In this document: one piece after another, positions 1 to 9,659 of the stretch | Layout: every line of letters begins with the position of its first letter | Numbering within the stretch: the stretch's first letter is position 1 | Assembly (NCBI GenBank): GCA_965215565.1 | Contig: CBDCDZ010000004.1 | Span: 1,216,001 to 1,280,000, forward strand | DNA from: Trueperaceae bacterium | Lineage (GTDB): Bacteria; Deinococcota; Deinococci; Deinococcales; Trueperaceae | DNA: 64,000 nucleotides | Direction: 5' to 3' | The notes under the pieces: generated by a model | What the model saw: the letters and a program-made list of their open reading frames with translations, nothing else | Database searches by the model: none | What the model was told of the DNA's origin: nothing | Position numbers and translations under genes: made by a program

Positions 1-111
1 AGAGTGAAAAAAGCAACCTTTTGCCCCTTTTTTGGCAACCCTTTGGCAACCTTTGCTCTTTAAGATAAGAACAAGCCAGGGAAGAAATCCCGGCACGAAA
101 AGGAGAGAATT

Positions 112-240
112 ATGAAAAAGAAGATGCTCGTTGCCCTCACCGTCAGCCTTTTAAGCCTCGGATTCAGCACCAGCGTCGCGGGAAAGTACCAGGGCTCGTC
201 ACCCACGACCGACGGTAGAAGCAACGTCTGGGCTGGCTAA
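112..240 (+). CDS. Small secreted peptide (42 aa, Sec signal peptide plus ~19 aa mature part); absent from the ORF track
   Basis: AGGAGAG RBS before the ATG. MKKKMLVALTVSLLSLGFSTSVA|GKYQGSSPTTDGRSNVWAG has a basic n-region, hydrophobic h-region and small-residue cleavage site. A terminator follows. Confidence 0.75.
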   Translation: MKKKMLVALTVSLLSLGFSTSVAGKYQGSSPTTDGRSNVWAG

Positions 241-267
241 CCCATACAGCATATTTATACGGTAAAC

Positions 268-295
268 AAAGAGCGACCTTAGTAGGTCGCTCTTT
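268..295. terminator. Bidirectional intrinsic terminator
   Basis: AAAGAGCGACC-ttagta-GGTCGCTCTTT between convergent genes. Confidence 0.8.
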
Positions 296-383
296 ATTAG
301 TGGCTCGAGCCTATCGCCGAGCCAGGCCGCTCCGCCTCAACCTCTTCTGGTAGAGACAAAGCGATCAAACACCTCACCGTGGG

Positions 384-1007
384 TCACCGCGCCCTCAAGA
401 CCTCTTCGGTGGGCGTGTCGCCCTCTAAAATCTCAAAGGTTTGACCAATGGTGTTAGGTAGCTCGAGCGCCGCCACGAGCACTCTAGCGACGTCTTCTCT
501 CGTGATGGAGCCCCACTCGTCAAACTGCTCCGCCGCTTTAATCTTCCCCGTCGCCGCGTCGTCGGTGAGTTGTCCTGGGCGGATGATGGTGTAGTCCAAA
601 TCGCCCTTCTGCAGCCGTTCGTCCGCCTCCCCTTTCGCCTCGAGGTAAGGACGTAGCGCCTCGGGTCCGCGCTCTGGGTCGCCCGCGCCCATTGAACTGA
701 GCATCACGAAACGCTTCACACCCTGACGCTCAGCCTCTTCCATGAGCTTGATCGCGCCGTCACGGTCTACGCCTTCAACATCATCACCCGAGGAACCCGC
801 CGCAAAGACGATAGCGTCGCAACCTCTTACGGCGTGCGCCACGTCCTCCGTCAAGTCAGCGACGACGACCTCGGTGCTCGAAGGCTCGAGTTCCGGCACT
901 TGCGCCTCTTCACGCACCATCGCGCGAACTTCATGTTCGCTTTTATTCAGTAACGCCATGATGTGTTGCCCCACTTTTCCATGAGCCCCTGCGACGAGTA
1001 CGCGCAT
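384..1007 (-). CDS. NAD(P)-binding SDR/NmrA-like oxidoreductase
   Basis: N-terminal Rossmann motif GAHGKVG; YLEAK; IRPGQL; RBS AGGAGG. Confidence 0.9.
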   Translation of the reverse strand: MRVLVAGAHGKVGQHIMALLNKSEHEVRAMVREEAQVPELEPSSTEVVVADLTEDVAHAVRGCDAIVFAAGSSGDDVEGVDRDGAIKLMEEAERQGVKRFVMLSSMGAGDPERGPEALRPYLEAKGEADERLQKGDLDYTIIRPGQLTDDAATGKIKAAEQFDEWGSITREDVARVLVAALELPNTIGQTFEILEGDTPTEEVLRAR

Positions 1008-1201
1008 GATTCACCTCCTGAGAATGCCTCACTATAAATGTCTAACCGATACCTGAAAGTGCCTCTAGATGATACAACCCTGCTAAGACCTCTTTGTAAA
1101 CATCAACGCGGTGTGGTCCCGCAAACGTCAAGCAGCACCCAAAATCTGTTCAGGACGTGCGCTATGCTCTAAGTGAAATATTCCACACCGTGAGGAGTCT
1201 T

Positions 1202-2434
1202 ATGAGATTTGTCCTTTGGTTAGGCGTCCTAGTCCTTTTAGGGAGCGTCCACGCGCAAACCATCACTGTCGCAACCCACTATCCGCCCGAAAGCATCGCG
1301 ATTCTGGAGCCCTGTTTCGCCACCTACGAGGAGCAAAACGGCGTTCAGATCGAGCATCAGCAGATCACATACGGCGACTATCTGCAAACGATTTTGACCT
1401 CTCGCCTGGGCGGACAGTCGCCCGACGTGTACCACGTCTACTCCATTTGGGGCGCACAGCTCGTCGAGAACAACATCTTGGCCGAGCCGCCCGAAAACAT
1501 CATCAATTTTGTCCAGAACAGCTATGTGAATAACACGGTCGACGCCGCCACGATTCAGGATCAACTGTGGGGCGTCCCTACCGAGGTCAGCAATTACATG
1601 CTGATTTACAACAAGAAGCTCCTGCAAGAAGCGGGCTTTGAGGAGCCGCCGACTACTTGGGCGGAGGTACAAGAGGTCGCGAAGGCTGCCACGAAGACGA
1701 ACGACCAGGGGCAGATTACCCAAGCGGGCTTTGCGGCAGGCGAGACCACCGCCGAAGTTGTCCACCCCTTCTTGACGCTTCTCTACTCCAAAGGTTTAGA
1801 CCTCTTCACCGAGGACTTCTCCGCGACGAACCTGAACACGCCCGAGGCGTTGGAGGCGCTGCAACAGCAGGTCAGCCTCTTCGAAGAGAACGCCGCCACG
1901 CCAAGCCTGACCGTGGACGACTTCAACAGCGGTCTGGTGGCAATGGAGATTCAACCGGTGTGGTTGGAGTCGCAACTCCAAGCCGCCTTCGGCGATCAGT
2001 TCGAGGAGACCGTGGGCGTCGCGCACATCCCGCAAGGGGAGAACTGGCAGAGCCTCCAGTACGCCTTTTTTTACGCGGTGGATAACAACAGCGACGTGCA
2101 GGACGAGGCGTGGGCGTTCTTGGAGTGGCTCAACACCTCGCAAGCAGAGGGTGAGCCCTCTTGCATGGGGCAGATGCTCGTGGACTTGGGCGCACTGACC
2201 GCGAACCAGACGGACATTCAGAACGCGCAAGAGGAACTCGGCGACTTCTTCACCGCGCCCTTCGTCGAAGCACTGGACCGCTCCATCACCGAGCCCAATG
2301 TGGTGCAGGCGAGCGAGATCGAGCGGATTTTGCAGACCTACATCGAGCGGGCGTGGCGCGGCGAGTTAGCGCCGGAAGAAGCGCTCTCGAGGGCGGACAG
2401 CGAAATCAGCAACATCCTAGCGGAATACTACTAA
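1202..2434 (+). CDS. Carbohydrate ABC transporter substrate-binding protein
   Basis: Signal peptide after GAGGAG RBS; family 1 SBP-like motifs (PDV, LIYNKKLL..AG...PPTTW). Confidence 0.9.
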   Translation: MRFVLWLGVLVLLGSVHAQTITVATHYPPESIAILEPCFATYEEQNGVQIEHQQITYGDYLQTILTSRLGGQSPDVYHVYSIWGAQLVENNILAEPPENIINFVQNSYVNNTVDAATIQDQLWGVPTEVSNYMLIYNKKLLQEAGFEEPPTTWAEVQEVAKAATKTNDQGQITQAGFAAGETTAEVVHPFLTLLYSKGLDLFTEDFSATNLNTPEALEALQQQVSLFEENAATPSLTVDDFNSGLVAMEIQPVWLESQLQAAFGDQFEETVGVAHIPQGENWQSLQYAFFYAVDNNSDVQDEAWAFLEWLNTSQAEGEPSCMGQMLVDLGALTANQTDIQNAQEELGDFFTAPFVEALDRSITEPNVVQASEIERILQTYIERAWRGELAPEEALSRADSEISNILAEYY

Positions 2435-2454
2435 CGCATTGAAACGCACGCCAA

Positions 2455-2483
2455 GAGGTCTCGAGCCCAAACTCGAGACCCTC
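2455..2483. promoter_or_regulatory. Intercistronic stem-loop after the SBP gene
   Basis: GGTCTCGAG-cccaaa-CTCGAGACC inverted repeat. Confidence 0.5.
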
Positions 2484-2574
2484 AACTACACCCTCTTTTG
2501 CCATGTGAATTACCATGTGAACTCACCTCTTTAGAAGACTCGAGCGAGGTCACGCTTATGTCCATCCGTGTATT

Positions 2575-3522
2575 ATGACAACGAAGCCAGCCACCGACGC
2601 GGCAAAAGACGCTAATGTCACCGTAGCGTCTAAACGACGCCCGAAGCGCCGCATTCAACAAAAAGACTGGGCTCCCTATGTCTTTCTCGCGCCTACGTTT
2701 ATCTTTTTCGTTATCTTCTTTCTGCTCCCTATCGGCTTTTCGCTCTACCTCACCTTCACCCGCTGGAACCCGCTCTCCGCGCCGAACTGGATCGGCTTGG
2801 ACAACTTCACCTTCCTCTTTAGCGACGCGACGTTCCTCTTGTCGCTCCGGCATACGCTCGTCTTCGCGTTCGGTACGGTGCTCGTCGGCGTACCGCTGGC
2901 TCTCGTCATCGCCTTCGTTTTTACGCAGAGCCGTTACCGAGCGTTGTGGCGCTCGCTCTTTTTCCTGCCAATGATTACCAACGTCGCCGCCATCGGCTTT
3001 TTGTGGCAGTTCATCTTGGACGGTAACGGCGGGCTCATCAACCGCGTCTTGGGCTGGGTCGGCGTCAATGGACCGAACTGGCTCAGTGACCCGTCCGTGG
3101 CGATGTGGGCGGTCATCATCGTGGCGGTTTGGTACTACATGGGACAAAACATGATTCTCTTCTCGGCGGGGTTAGAGGGAATTGACGATGCGTTTTATAA
3201 CGCAGCCAAGGTAGACGGCGCAAACACCTTGCAGATGTTTTGGCACGTCACCGTGCCGCTGATTCGTCCGACGCTGCTCTTCGTCAGCATCACGAGCTTC
3301 ATCTCCGCGATGGGAGCCTCGTTCGCGCTCATCTTAGTGTTGACCGGAGGCGGTCCGGTGCAGAGCACGAACGTGACCGCGCTCTATATGTACCAGATGG
3401 CCTTTACGGACTTGCGCATGGGCCGTGCGGCGGCGGCAGCGTTTATACTCTTCGTTATTATTTTCCTGATCACGCTGGTGCAACTGCGGATTTTTAGGCG
3501 GGGCGGCATTGAATCTTACTAG
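2575..3522 (+). CDS. Sugar ABC transporter permease (MalF-like)
   Basis: Multiple TM segments; EAA-type loop NAAKVDGA. Confidence 0.92.
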   Translation: MTTKPATDAAKDANVTVASKRRPKRRIQQKDWAPYVFLAPTFIFFVIFFLLPIGFSLYLTFTRWNPLSAPNWIGLDNFTFLFSDATFLLSLRHTLVFAFGTVLVGVPLALVIAFVFTQSRYRALWRSLFFLPMITNVAAIGFLWQFILDGNGGLINRVLGWVGVNGPNWLSDPSVAMWAVIIVAVWYYMGQNMILFSAGLEGIDDAFYNAAKVDGANTLQMFWHVTVPLIRPTLLFVSITSFISAMGASFALILVLTGGGPVQSTNVTALYMYQMAFTDLRMGRAAAAAFILFVIIFLITLVQLRIFRRGGIESY

Positions 3523-3534
3523 AGAGGAATCGCG

Positions 3535-4410
3535 ATGACAAGCAACCGAGTAGGCAGCGTAATCAAATATGCACTTCTTGTGTTGGGCGGCGCGATCATG
3601 CTCCTGCCCTTTTTCGAGATGTTCGTGGGCGCACTGCGCACCCCCGCCGAACGGTTCGCGCAGCCGCCCGTCTTCTGGCCCTCCGACCCGCAGTGGAGCA
3701 TCTATAGAGAGGTCTTTCAAAGTTTGCCTATACAGAAGTGGTACGTCAACAGCGTCATTGTCACGGTCATCATCACCTCTTTGCAGCTCCTAACGAGCAC
3801 GATGGCGGGTTTTGCACTCGCCAAATACCAGTTCTGGGGGCGCAATTGGTTTTTCCGGGGCGTCTTGTCCGCGCAGATGTTTCCCTTTTTCCTCTTTCTC
3901 ATCCCGATGTTTTTCATCATGCGCTTCTTTCCACTAGCGGGTGGCAACGGTATTTTGGGTCAGGGGGGCACGGGGCTTTTAGGGACGTACGCGGCGCTCA
4001 TTCTGCCCTTTCTCATCACCTGGTACGGCATCTTTATGATGCGCCAATTCATGGTGAATATCCCGACGGAACTGCTCGAGGCCGCCCGCATCGACGGTTG
4101 CAGCGAGTTCCGCATCTTCGCGCAGATCGTCCTGCCGCTGGTCAAGCCTGCGCTGGCGACTTTGGGTATCTTCGTCTTCGTCTACCAGTGGAACGAGTTT
4201 ATCTGGACGCTGACCATCACCCGCTCCGCGCCCGAGCTTGAAACGCTGCCCGTCGGCATCTACCTCTTGCGCGGCGCGTTCGGCAACATCGAGGATGAAT
4301 CGCTGCAGCAAGCAGCGTTGGCGGTCAGCACCGTGCCGCTTGCCATCCTCTTTTTGATGTTGCAGCGCTACTACGTCAAAGGGCTCACGATGTCGGGGAT
4401 CAAGGGGTGA
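3535..4410 (+). CDS. Sugar ABC transporter permease (MalG-like)
   Basis: EAARIDG loop; TM segments; QWNEFIW. Confidence 0.92.
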   Translation: MTSNRVGSVIKYALLVLGGAIMLLPFFEMFVGALRTPAERFAQPPVFWPSDPQWSIYREVFQSLPIQKWYVNSVIVTVIITSLQLLTSTMAGFALAKYQFWGRNWFFRGVLSAQMFPFFLFLIPMFFIMRFFPLAGGNGILGQGGTGLLGTYAALILPFLITWYGIFMMRQFMVNIPTELLEAARIDGCSEFRIFAQIVLPLVKPALATLGIFVFVYQWNEFIWTLTITRSAPELETLPVGIYLLRGAFGNIEDESLQQAALAVSTVPLAILFLMLQRYYVKGLTMSGIKG

Positions 4411-5891
4411 CGCTCCGAGTATCACCCAAACTCAGGGAGGTCGCGGCGCACTACAAAGCGGCACTACCCGAGGGGACGTTCTTCCACTTTCCTATTACCG
4501 CGTTCGACGACCTTTTGACCTCCACGGGAGTGCGCGCCTGGACAAGCCTCTTCTTACCCGGTCCGCTGGGCGGCGGTGACGGCTACGGTCTTGGTGACGA
4601 GGAAGCCGAGGTCGGCTCGCTCGGCGAACTGCACGAACGCTTGCAGAGTTTGTGGGTGGTGCCGAAGCTCAAGACCGAACGAGGCTCTTACCACGATTTG
4701 GTCACGACTTATGGTGCGGACGCGGTGGTTGACCCTGTCACGCTCGCTCTGGACGCAGGTTGCGGCTACCACGCGGATATGACCCGTTTTTGGGTCTCTA
4801 TGCAGCGTTACCCGGAAGGTCGCAAATGGGTGCTTTTGGAGGCTGCCGCCTCGAGTCCCGCCGAACTCCCCGAAGGCTACGAACCTCTTTTTCTGCCAGT
4901 TTCCAACGGTCTCGGCGCAGGCCTTAGCGTCACAAGAGGTCTCTGCCACGGCGCTTTAGAGATTTTGCAGCGCGACGGCAACAGCGTGAACTACAGGGCG
5001 CTCGACCAAGGGCGTGTGCTCGACTTCTCGGGCGGTGTGCCCGACACCGCCCGAGAGGTTCTGGGACGTTTGCAGAACGCAGGGCTCACGGTCAACGTCA
5101 AACTCGTCGCGACCGACTTTGGTCTTGTCAACCTCTATGTGAACGGTTATGGACTAAACGACACACCGCAGATCAAACTTGCAGCGGGCGGCGAAGCGTG
5201 CGACTTGGACCGCGCGGCGGCACTCCGTAAAGCGCTTCTGGAGTTTGCCTTTTCAAGAGCACGTCTAGCCTTTAGCCACGGACCTCTTGCAAACGTTGCA
5301 GAGGGTTCACCCGAAGGCTATTTAGAGGCCCACTTTGCCCACGCCCAAAACGTTACCGAGGAGCAAAGAACCCTCGAGACTATGAAACGCTGGCTCGCCC
5401 TATCCCCTGCCGAGTTGAAAGCAGAACTCGAGCCCATCTACGGAGAACGAGAGCGTACCCCTTTTGCCACACTACCCGAACGTCCCGACTTGGCAAACGC
5501 AACCCCTGAAACGCGGCTGCAAGAGGTCGCTGAGCGCTTAAAAGGTTTCGATATTCTGTATCTCGAGCTAGCCACCCCCCGAGCGCAAGAACACGGCGTC
5601 AGAGCGGTCAAAGTGGTGATCCCCGGTTTAGAAGTCGAAACCGCCTCTTACGGGCGCATCGGCGAGCGCAACGTGCGCCGACTCTTGGAGCGAGAGAGCC
5701 CGCTCGTCGGACTAGGCGCACCGCCTCCAGGCGCGAAACGCATTCATTTAACCGAAGCAGCCGAGGCTCGTTTGGGCGATAAGGCTTGGTTTGATGCCAA
5801 AAAACTGAAAGAGGTCGTGGGCAACCTCTACCCTCTCTACCGAGAACCCGCACGACACGCAGTACGCTACGCACTCGGTGAAAAGCCGTAA
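4407..5891 (+). CDS. YcaO-like family protein (atypical motifs)
   Basis: GSLGELHER, SNGLGAG...LEILQRD, ALLEFAFSR, VKVVIPGLE; GTGA overlap with the permease stop. Confidence 0.85.
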   Translation: MTLRVSPKLREVAAHYKAALPEGTFFHFPITAFDDLLTSTGVRAWTSLFLPGPLGGGDGYGLGDEEAEVGSLGELHERLQSLWVVPKLKTERGSYHDLVTTYGADAVVDPVTLALDAGCGYHADMTRFWVSMQRYPEGRKWVLLEAAASSPAELPEGYEPLFLPVSNGLGAGLSVTRGLCHGALEILQRDGNSVNYRALDQGRVLDFSGGVPDTAREVLGRLQNAGLTVNVKLVATDFGLVNLYVNGYGLNDTPQIKLAAGGEACDLDRAAALRKALLEFAFSRARLAFSHGPLANVAEGSPEGYLEAHFAHAQNVTEEQRTLETMKRWLALSPAELKAELEPIYGERERTPFATLPERPDLANATPETRLQEVAERLKGFDILYLELATPRAQEHGVRAVKVVIPGLEVETASYGRIGERNVRRLLERESPLVGLGAPPPGAKRIHLTEAAEARLGDKAWFDAKKLKEVVGNLYPLYREPARHAVRYALGEKP

Positions 5892-5895
5892 AGGA

Positions 5896-6957
5896 ATGGA
5901 CTCAGATGACCTCATTCAAAACGCTGAGAGTTACGCCGAACGTCTCGCCAAGCGCGTCTATTCTAGAGAGGGCGTCGAGATGGTCTTGGCGCTCGAGAAT
6001 CTAAGAGACTCGAGCAAAGAGATACAAGCCAACAAAACGGTTAAAGAAGCAGATGACCTCTTAGCTAACGCGGTCCAAAAGCTCGCGGCGCGTCTTTTGA
6101 CCTCTCGTTTAACGTCTGAGCCCGCCAGGGCCTTGCAGTTGGCGCTCGAGCTAGTCGCTTTTCACGACTTTGGTCAGGACGCTGCACTTCTTGACGTTAC
6201 GCCGCTCGAACGTCGCCGCTTTACCTCTTCAACTTCGGCAGAACCGGAGAACACGCTAGCCTCGGATGGTGACGCGGATACCACATACATTACACGAGCG
6301 CTCCGCAATGGGCGCTTTGTCCGCTCGGTCAACTTTCACAATACGTTTGCTGAGGATAGAGCCAAACTCAGCGCGCAACTCGGGGCGCTTGCAGAGCGAT
6401 TTAAGAGCATCGGCATATCGGATTTGGAGAAGCTCGTAGCAGGCGAACCTTGGACGGATGAGCGTCCGCCCATTTTGCTCGTGTTTTACGAAGGAACGCG
6501 CAACCACGTTGACGTCGCCGCGCCGCTCCTCAGCGAACTAGGCTCAACGGGGATATTCTGCCTTATTCCGGGCTTCATCGACACGCCTATTTCTGAGCAA
6601 GCCAGTTTCGCCGCCGCGCATAAGATCGACGTGGACCCGCTCGAGTACAAAGGCGGACGTCTCGCCATGACCTGGAATGAGGTGCGCGCTCTAGCGGCGC
6701 AAGGTCACGCTTTCACCTGTCACACCATGACGCACGCCGACCCGTACGACGCGGGGAACGATTTGCGGCTCGAGAGCTTGGGCGCGGTAAAGAGGTTGGA
6801 GGACGAGTTGGCTCAAGAGATAACCTCTTTCGTGTGGCAGCGCGGCGTCGCTTGGGGTGCACTGCCTCACGCCGACGCCTACTTGCAAGAGGGCGGTATC
6901 CGCCTCCTCATCAGCGCCGTCAAGGTGACGCGGTTGCCCTTGCCGAACCTCATGTAG
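5896..6957 (+). CDS. Polysaccharide deacetylase (NodB/CE4-like) protein with an N-terminal helical extension
   Basis: VNFHNT, LVFYEG (variant of TFDDG), MTWNEVRAL, CHTMTH. Confidence 0.7.
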   Translation: MDSDDLIQNAESYAERLAKRVYSREGVEMVLALENLRDSSKEIQANKTVKEADDLLANAVQKLAARLLTSRLTSEPARALQLALELVAFHDFGQDAALLDVTPLERRRFTSSTSAEPENTLASDGDADTTYITRALRNGRFVRSVNFHNTFAEDRAKLSAQLGALAERFKSIGISDLEKLVAGEPWTDERPPILLVFYEGTRNHVDVAAPLLSELGSTGIFCLIPGFIDTPISEQASFAAAHKIDVDPLEYKGGRLAMTWNEVRALAAQGHAFTCHTMTHADPYDAGNDLRLESLGAVKRLEDELAQEITSFVWQRGVAWGALPHADAYLQEGGIRLLISAVKVTRLPLPNLM

Positions 6958-7113
6958 CGATACTTCCTATGGTCCCCGCAGTGCCTTCTTACACAACCCT
7001 TATACCTCGCCGCTAAAATCCTAATATACTAGGTGGGTTTGGCGCTGCGGATGCGCCGCTGTGGTTTCGCCGGGTCAACCCGGCGAGAACCGCAAAGAAG
7101 GGATTGTATAGGT

Positions 7114-8070
7114 ATGGACCCGATTATGATTCAACTGGGACCGCTCGCGGTCCGCTGGTACGGCTTTTTGATCGCGTTAGGCGTGCTGATTGGCTCGAGC
7201 TGGGCGCTGAGAGAAGCGGAGCGGCGCAATCTTGATACGGAGAAGCTTTTAGATATGACCCTGTGGCTCGTTGTCGCAGGTCTTATCGGCGCGCGCCTCA
7301 TCTACGTCATCACGAGCCCGAGCGCGTACTTCGGACCGAACGGCAACCCCTTAAACGCCTTCGCGATTTGGCAGGGCGGCGGCAGTATTCACGGGGGCGT
7401 GTTGGGTATTTTCGTCGCAGTCTGGATTTACTCGCGCATCCATAACCTCAACATGTGGTCCTATCTGGACACGCTCGCGCCGGTGGGCGCACTGGGTGTC
7501 ATTGGCGGGCGCATCGGCAACTTCATGAACGGCTCGGACACCACCGGACGCTTGACGGGCTGGCCCATCGGCTATACTTGGCCGGAGCCGGGCACGGACA
7601 CCTTCGGCGCGTTCGGGCGTTTCTTCTTCGGCGACAACTTGTGGGCAGCGTATCCGGGGACGTGTAGTATCTCGGGCGTCAGCCTCTCGCAGTGTATCCA
7701 ACAGGGCGGCGAAATCCTGCGCGGACCTGTTCACCTCACGCAGATTTACGGCGCGGTCATCGGCGTCATCTTAGTCGGTATCGTCTGGTGGTCGTTTCGC
7801 AGGAGCCGCACGCCGGGCTTCGCTTGGTGGCAGTTCATCTTGTGGTACTCGGTCTTGCGCTCGGTCCTCGAGGAGCCTTTCCGCGACAACCCGCTCTTCT
7901 GGCAGGTCTACCTCTCCGAAGGCGTCAATGCGCCGGGCGTAGGTCTCTTCACGCTGACGCAGCTCGTCAGCATCCCGCTGGTGCTCATCTCCGTGTACTT
8001 CCTCCTTATCTTGAACCCCGACGAGGTGGAGAAAAAAGAGCGGCTTTCGATGAAGGCGAGAGGTCGCTGA
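7114..8070 (+). CDS. lgt: Prolipoprotein diacylglyceryl transferase
   Basis: VRWYG, GARLIYV, IWQGGGSIHGG, GRIGNFMNG, HLTQIY. Confidence 0.95.
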   Translation: MDPIMIQLGPLAVRWYGFLIALGVLIGSSWALREAERRNLDTEKLLDMTLWLVVAGLIGARLIYVITSPSAYFGPNGNPLNAFAIWQGGGSIHGGVLGIFVAVWIYSRIHNLNMWSYLDTLAPVGALGVIGGRIGNFMNGSDTTGRLTGWPIGYTWPEPGTDTFGAFGRFFFGDNLWAAYPGTCSISGVSLSQCIQQGGEILRGPVHLTQIYGAVIGVILVGIVWWSFRRSRTPGFAWWQFILWYSVLRSVLEEPFRDNPLFWQVYLSEGVNAPGVGLFTLTQLVSIPLVLISVYFLLILNPDEVEKKERLSMKARGR

Positions 8071-8071
8071 G

Positions 8072-8803
8072 TTGCACTTAGCAGTCGTAATTTTAGCGGC
8101 GGGTCAGGGCACGCGGATGAAGTCTGACCTGCCCAAAGTGCTCCACAAAGCGGCGGGGCACTCGCTTGTGGAGCACGTTATTAAGGCGGTTACGCCGTTA
8201 GAACCCGAACACATCGTCGTCGTAACGGGGTACAAAGCGGAAGAGGTCGAAGCGGAGCTAGCCGACGAGCCCATCAAGTTCGCCCGTCAGACGGAGCAGT
8301 TGGGCACAGGGCACGCACTTCTGCAAACAAAAGAGGTGTTGCAGGGGTTCGGCGGCGCGGTGATGGTCTTAAATGGCGACGGACCGCTTCTTAAAACGGA
8401 GACGCTAGAAAAGTTAGCGCGAACGCAGCAAGACTCAGGCGCAGGTATGACTTTAGTCACATGTGATGTGAGCGACCCGCAAGGTCTAGGGCGCATCATC
8501 CGCAAGGAAGACGGCAGCGTCGCCAAAATTGTCGAGGAGAAAGACGCAACGGATGAAGAGCGCCGGGTAAACGAAATCAATCCTGGTATCTATATTTTTG
8601 ACAAGAGCGTCCTCGAGATTGCCGAAGGGCTCTCCAACGACAATGCCGCAGGCGAATACTACATCACCGATTTGGTGGACCTCTACTTGCAAGCGGGGCG
8701 CAGTGTGCAGGCGGTTGTGGCGGAGGACGAGACGGAGATTTTGGCGGTGAACGACCGGGAGCAGCTTGCGGCGGTGGAGCGGATTTTGCAAGCTCGAGAT
8801 TGA
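8072..8803 (+). CDS. glmU: GlmU-type nucleotidyltransferase, N-terminal domain only
   Basis: LAAGQGTRMKSDLPKVLH, EQLGTGHA, IVEEKDA, GEYYITD; stops at 243 aa with no beta-helix acetyltransferase domain. Confidence 0.8.
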   Translation: MHLAVVILAAGQGTRMKSDLPKVLHKAAGHSLVEHVIKAVTPLEPEHIVVVTGYKAEEVEAELADEPIKFARQTEQLGTGHALLQTKEVLQGFGGAVMVLNGDGPLLKTETLEKLARTQQDSGAGMTLVTCDVSDPQGLGRIIRKEDGSVAKIVEEKDATDEERRVNEINPGIYIFDKSVLEIAEGLSNDNAAGEYYITDLVDLYLQAGRSVQAVVAEDETEILAVNDREQLAAVERILQARD

Positions 8804-8858
8804 GTGATGGTGTCTGCCCTAATTGAACAATTATTTGGAGGAGCAAAATCGTTCAACG

Positions 8859-9605
8859 TTAGAGACGCTGATTGTTCTCTACTTCAAACAACGATTGGTC
8901 CACAGGTTGATTGAAGAGGTAGCGTTGACGCTGGTCTGAGAAGAGAAAACCCTCTTCCTTCCACGCTGTATATATCCTTGTTGTAACGTCCATCTGCAGA
9001 CCATTTGGAGCAACCTCGATGTCATAAAGAATAATGTCATCATCGGATAGGAATCCGTCGTTGACAACTGCGGCAAGAGGTTTGCCCAGCACATCAAAGA
9101 TAAATTTTCCCTCTGCATTCCCATTAAATAGCGTCGTATAGCGCAGCGTTACTTGTTCACCTTCAACAGCGTCGCCGTACCTCTTGAAACCGTCGTAGCT
9201 AACGATATTGTAGTCTTTAGGGATAACACCGAAACCTCCCTGCAACCGAGCTGAAAGCTCCTCCGCAATACCCCAAGAACCATCCCGGTAAGTTTTTGTG
9301 TATCCCGCTATCTCCATGCTCGTCACACCGTCAACATAGCGAAGGACAAATTCAACGTCATCGCTTTCAGCTTCGATGTACAAGCGCTGGCGTAAGAGGT
9401 CGATAACTCTGTGAGTCTTTTCTGGTCCCTCTTCAATAGTAGAGGTTTGTTTTGTAGACGTAACGTCGATAGTACGAAGGGGTGGCAAAGCGCGCGCTGC
9501 GGACCCAAGCAGCTCCTCAGCTCGCTCTAATTCCTGCGCACCTGCACTTGCAGTCAAGATTAGGATCAAACTCAAAAGGATCGTTTTCACGTCAAAAGCC
9601 TCCAA
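8859..9605 (-). CDS. Exported hypothetical protein (lower GC than neighbours)
   Basis: Long ORF with a signal peptide; no recognised family. Confidence 0.65.
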   Translation of the reverse strand: MEAFDVKTILLSLILILTASAGAQELERAEELLGSAARALPPLRTIDVTSTKQTSTIEEGPEKTHRVIDLLRQRLYIEAESDDVEFVLRYVDGVTSMEIAGYTKTYRDGSWGIAEELSARLQGGFGVIPKDYNIVSYDGFKRYGDAVEGEQVTLRYTTLFNGNAEGKFIFDVLGKPLAAVVNDGFLSDDDIILYDIEVAPNGLQMDVTTRIYTAWKEEGFLFSDQRQRYLFNQPVDQSLFEVENNQRL

Positions 9606-9659
9606 CAGATAGGGCTGTTAATGGTAGAGCTTTTGCGTGACCGGGTGGGATGAAGTTAC

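Noticed and set aside
112..240. Peptide 1 as the YcaO RiPP precursor
   Set aside because: It has a Sec signal and its own terminator, and an unrelated gene separates it from the operon; not excluded but unsupported
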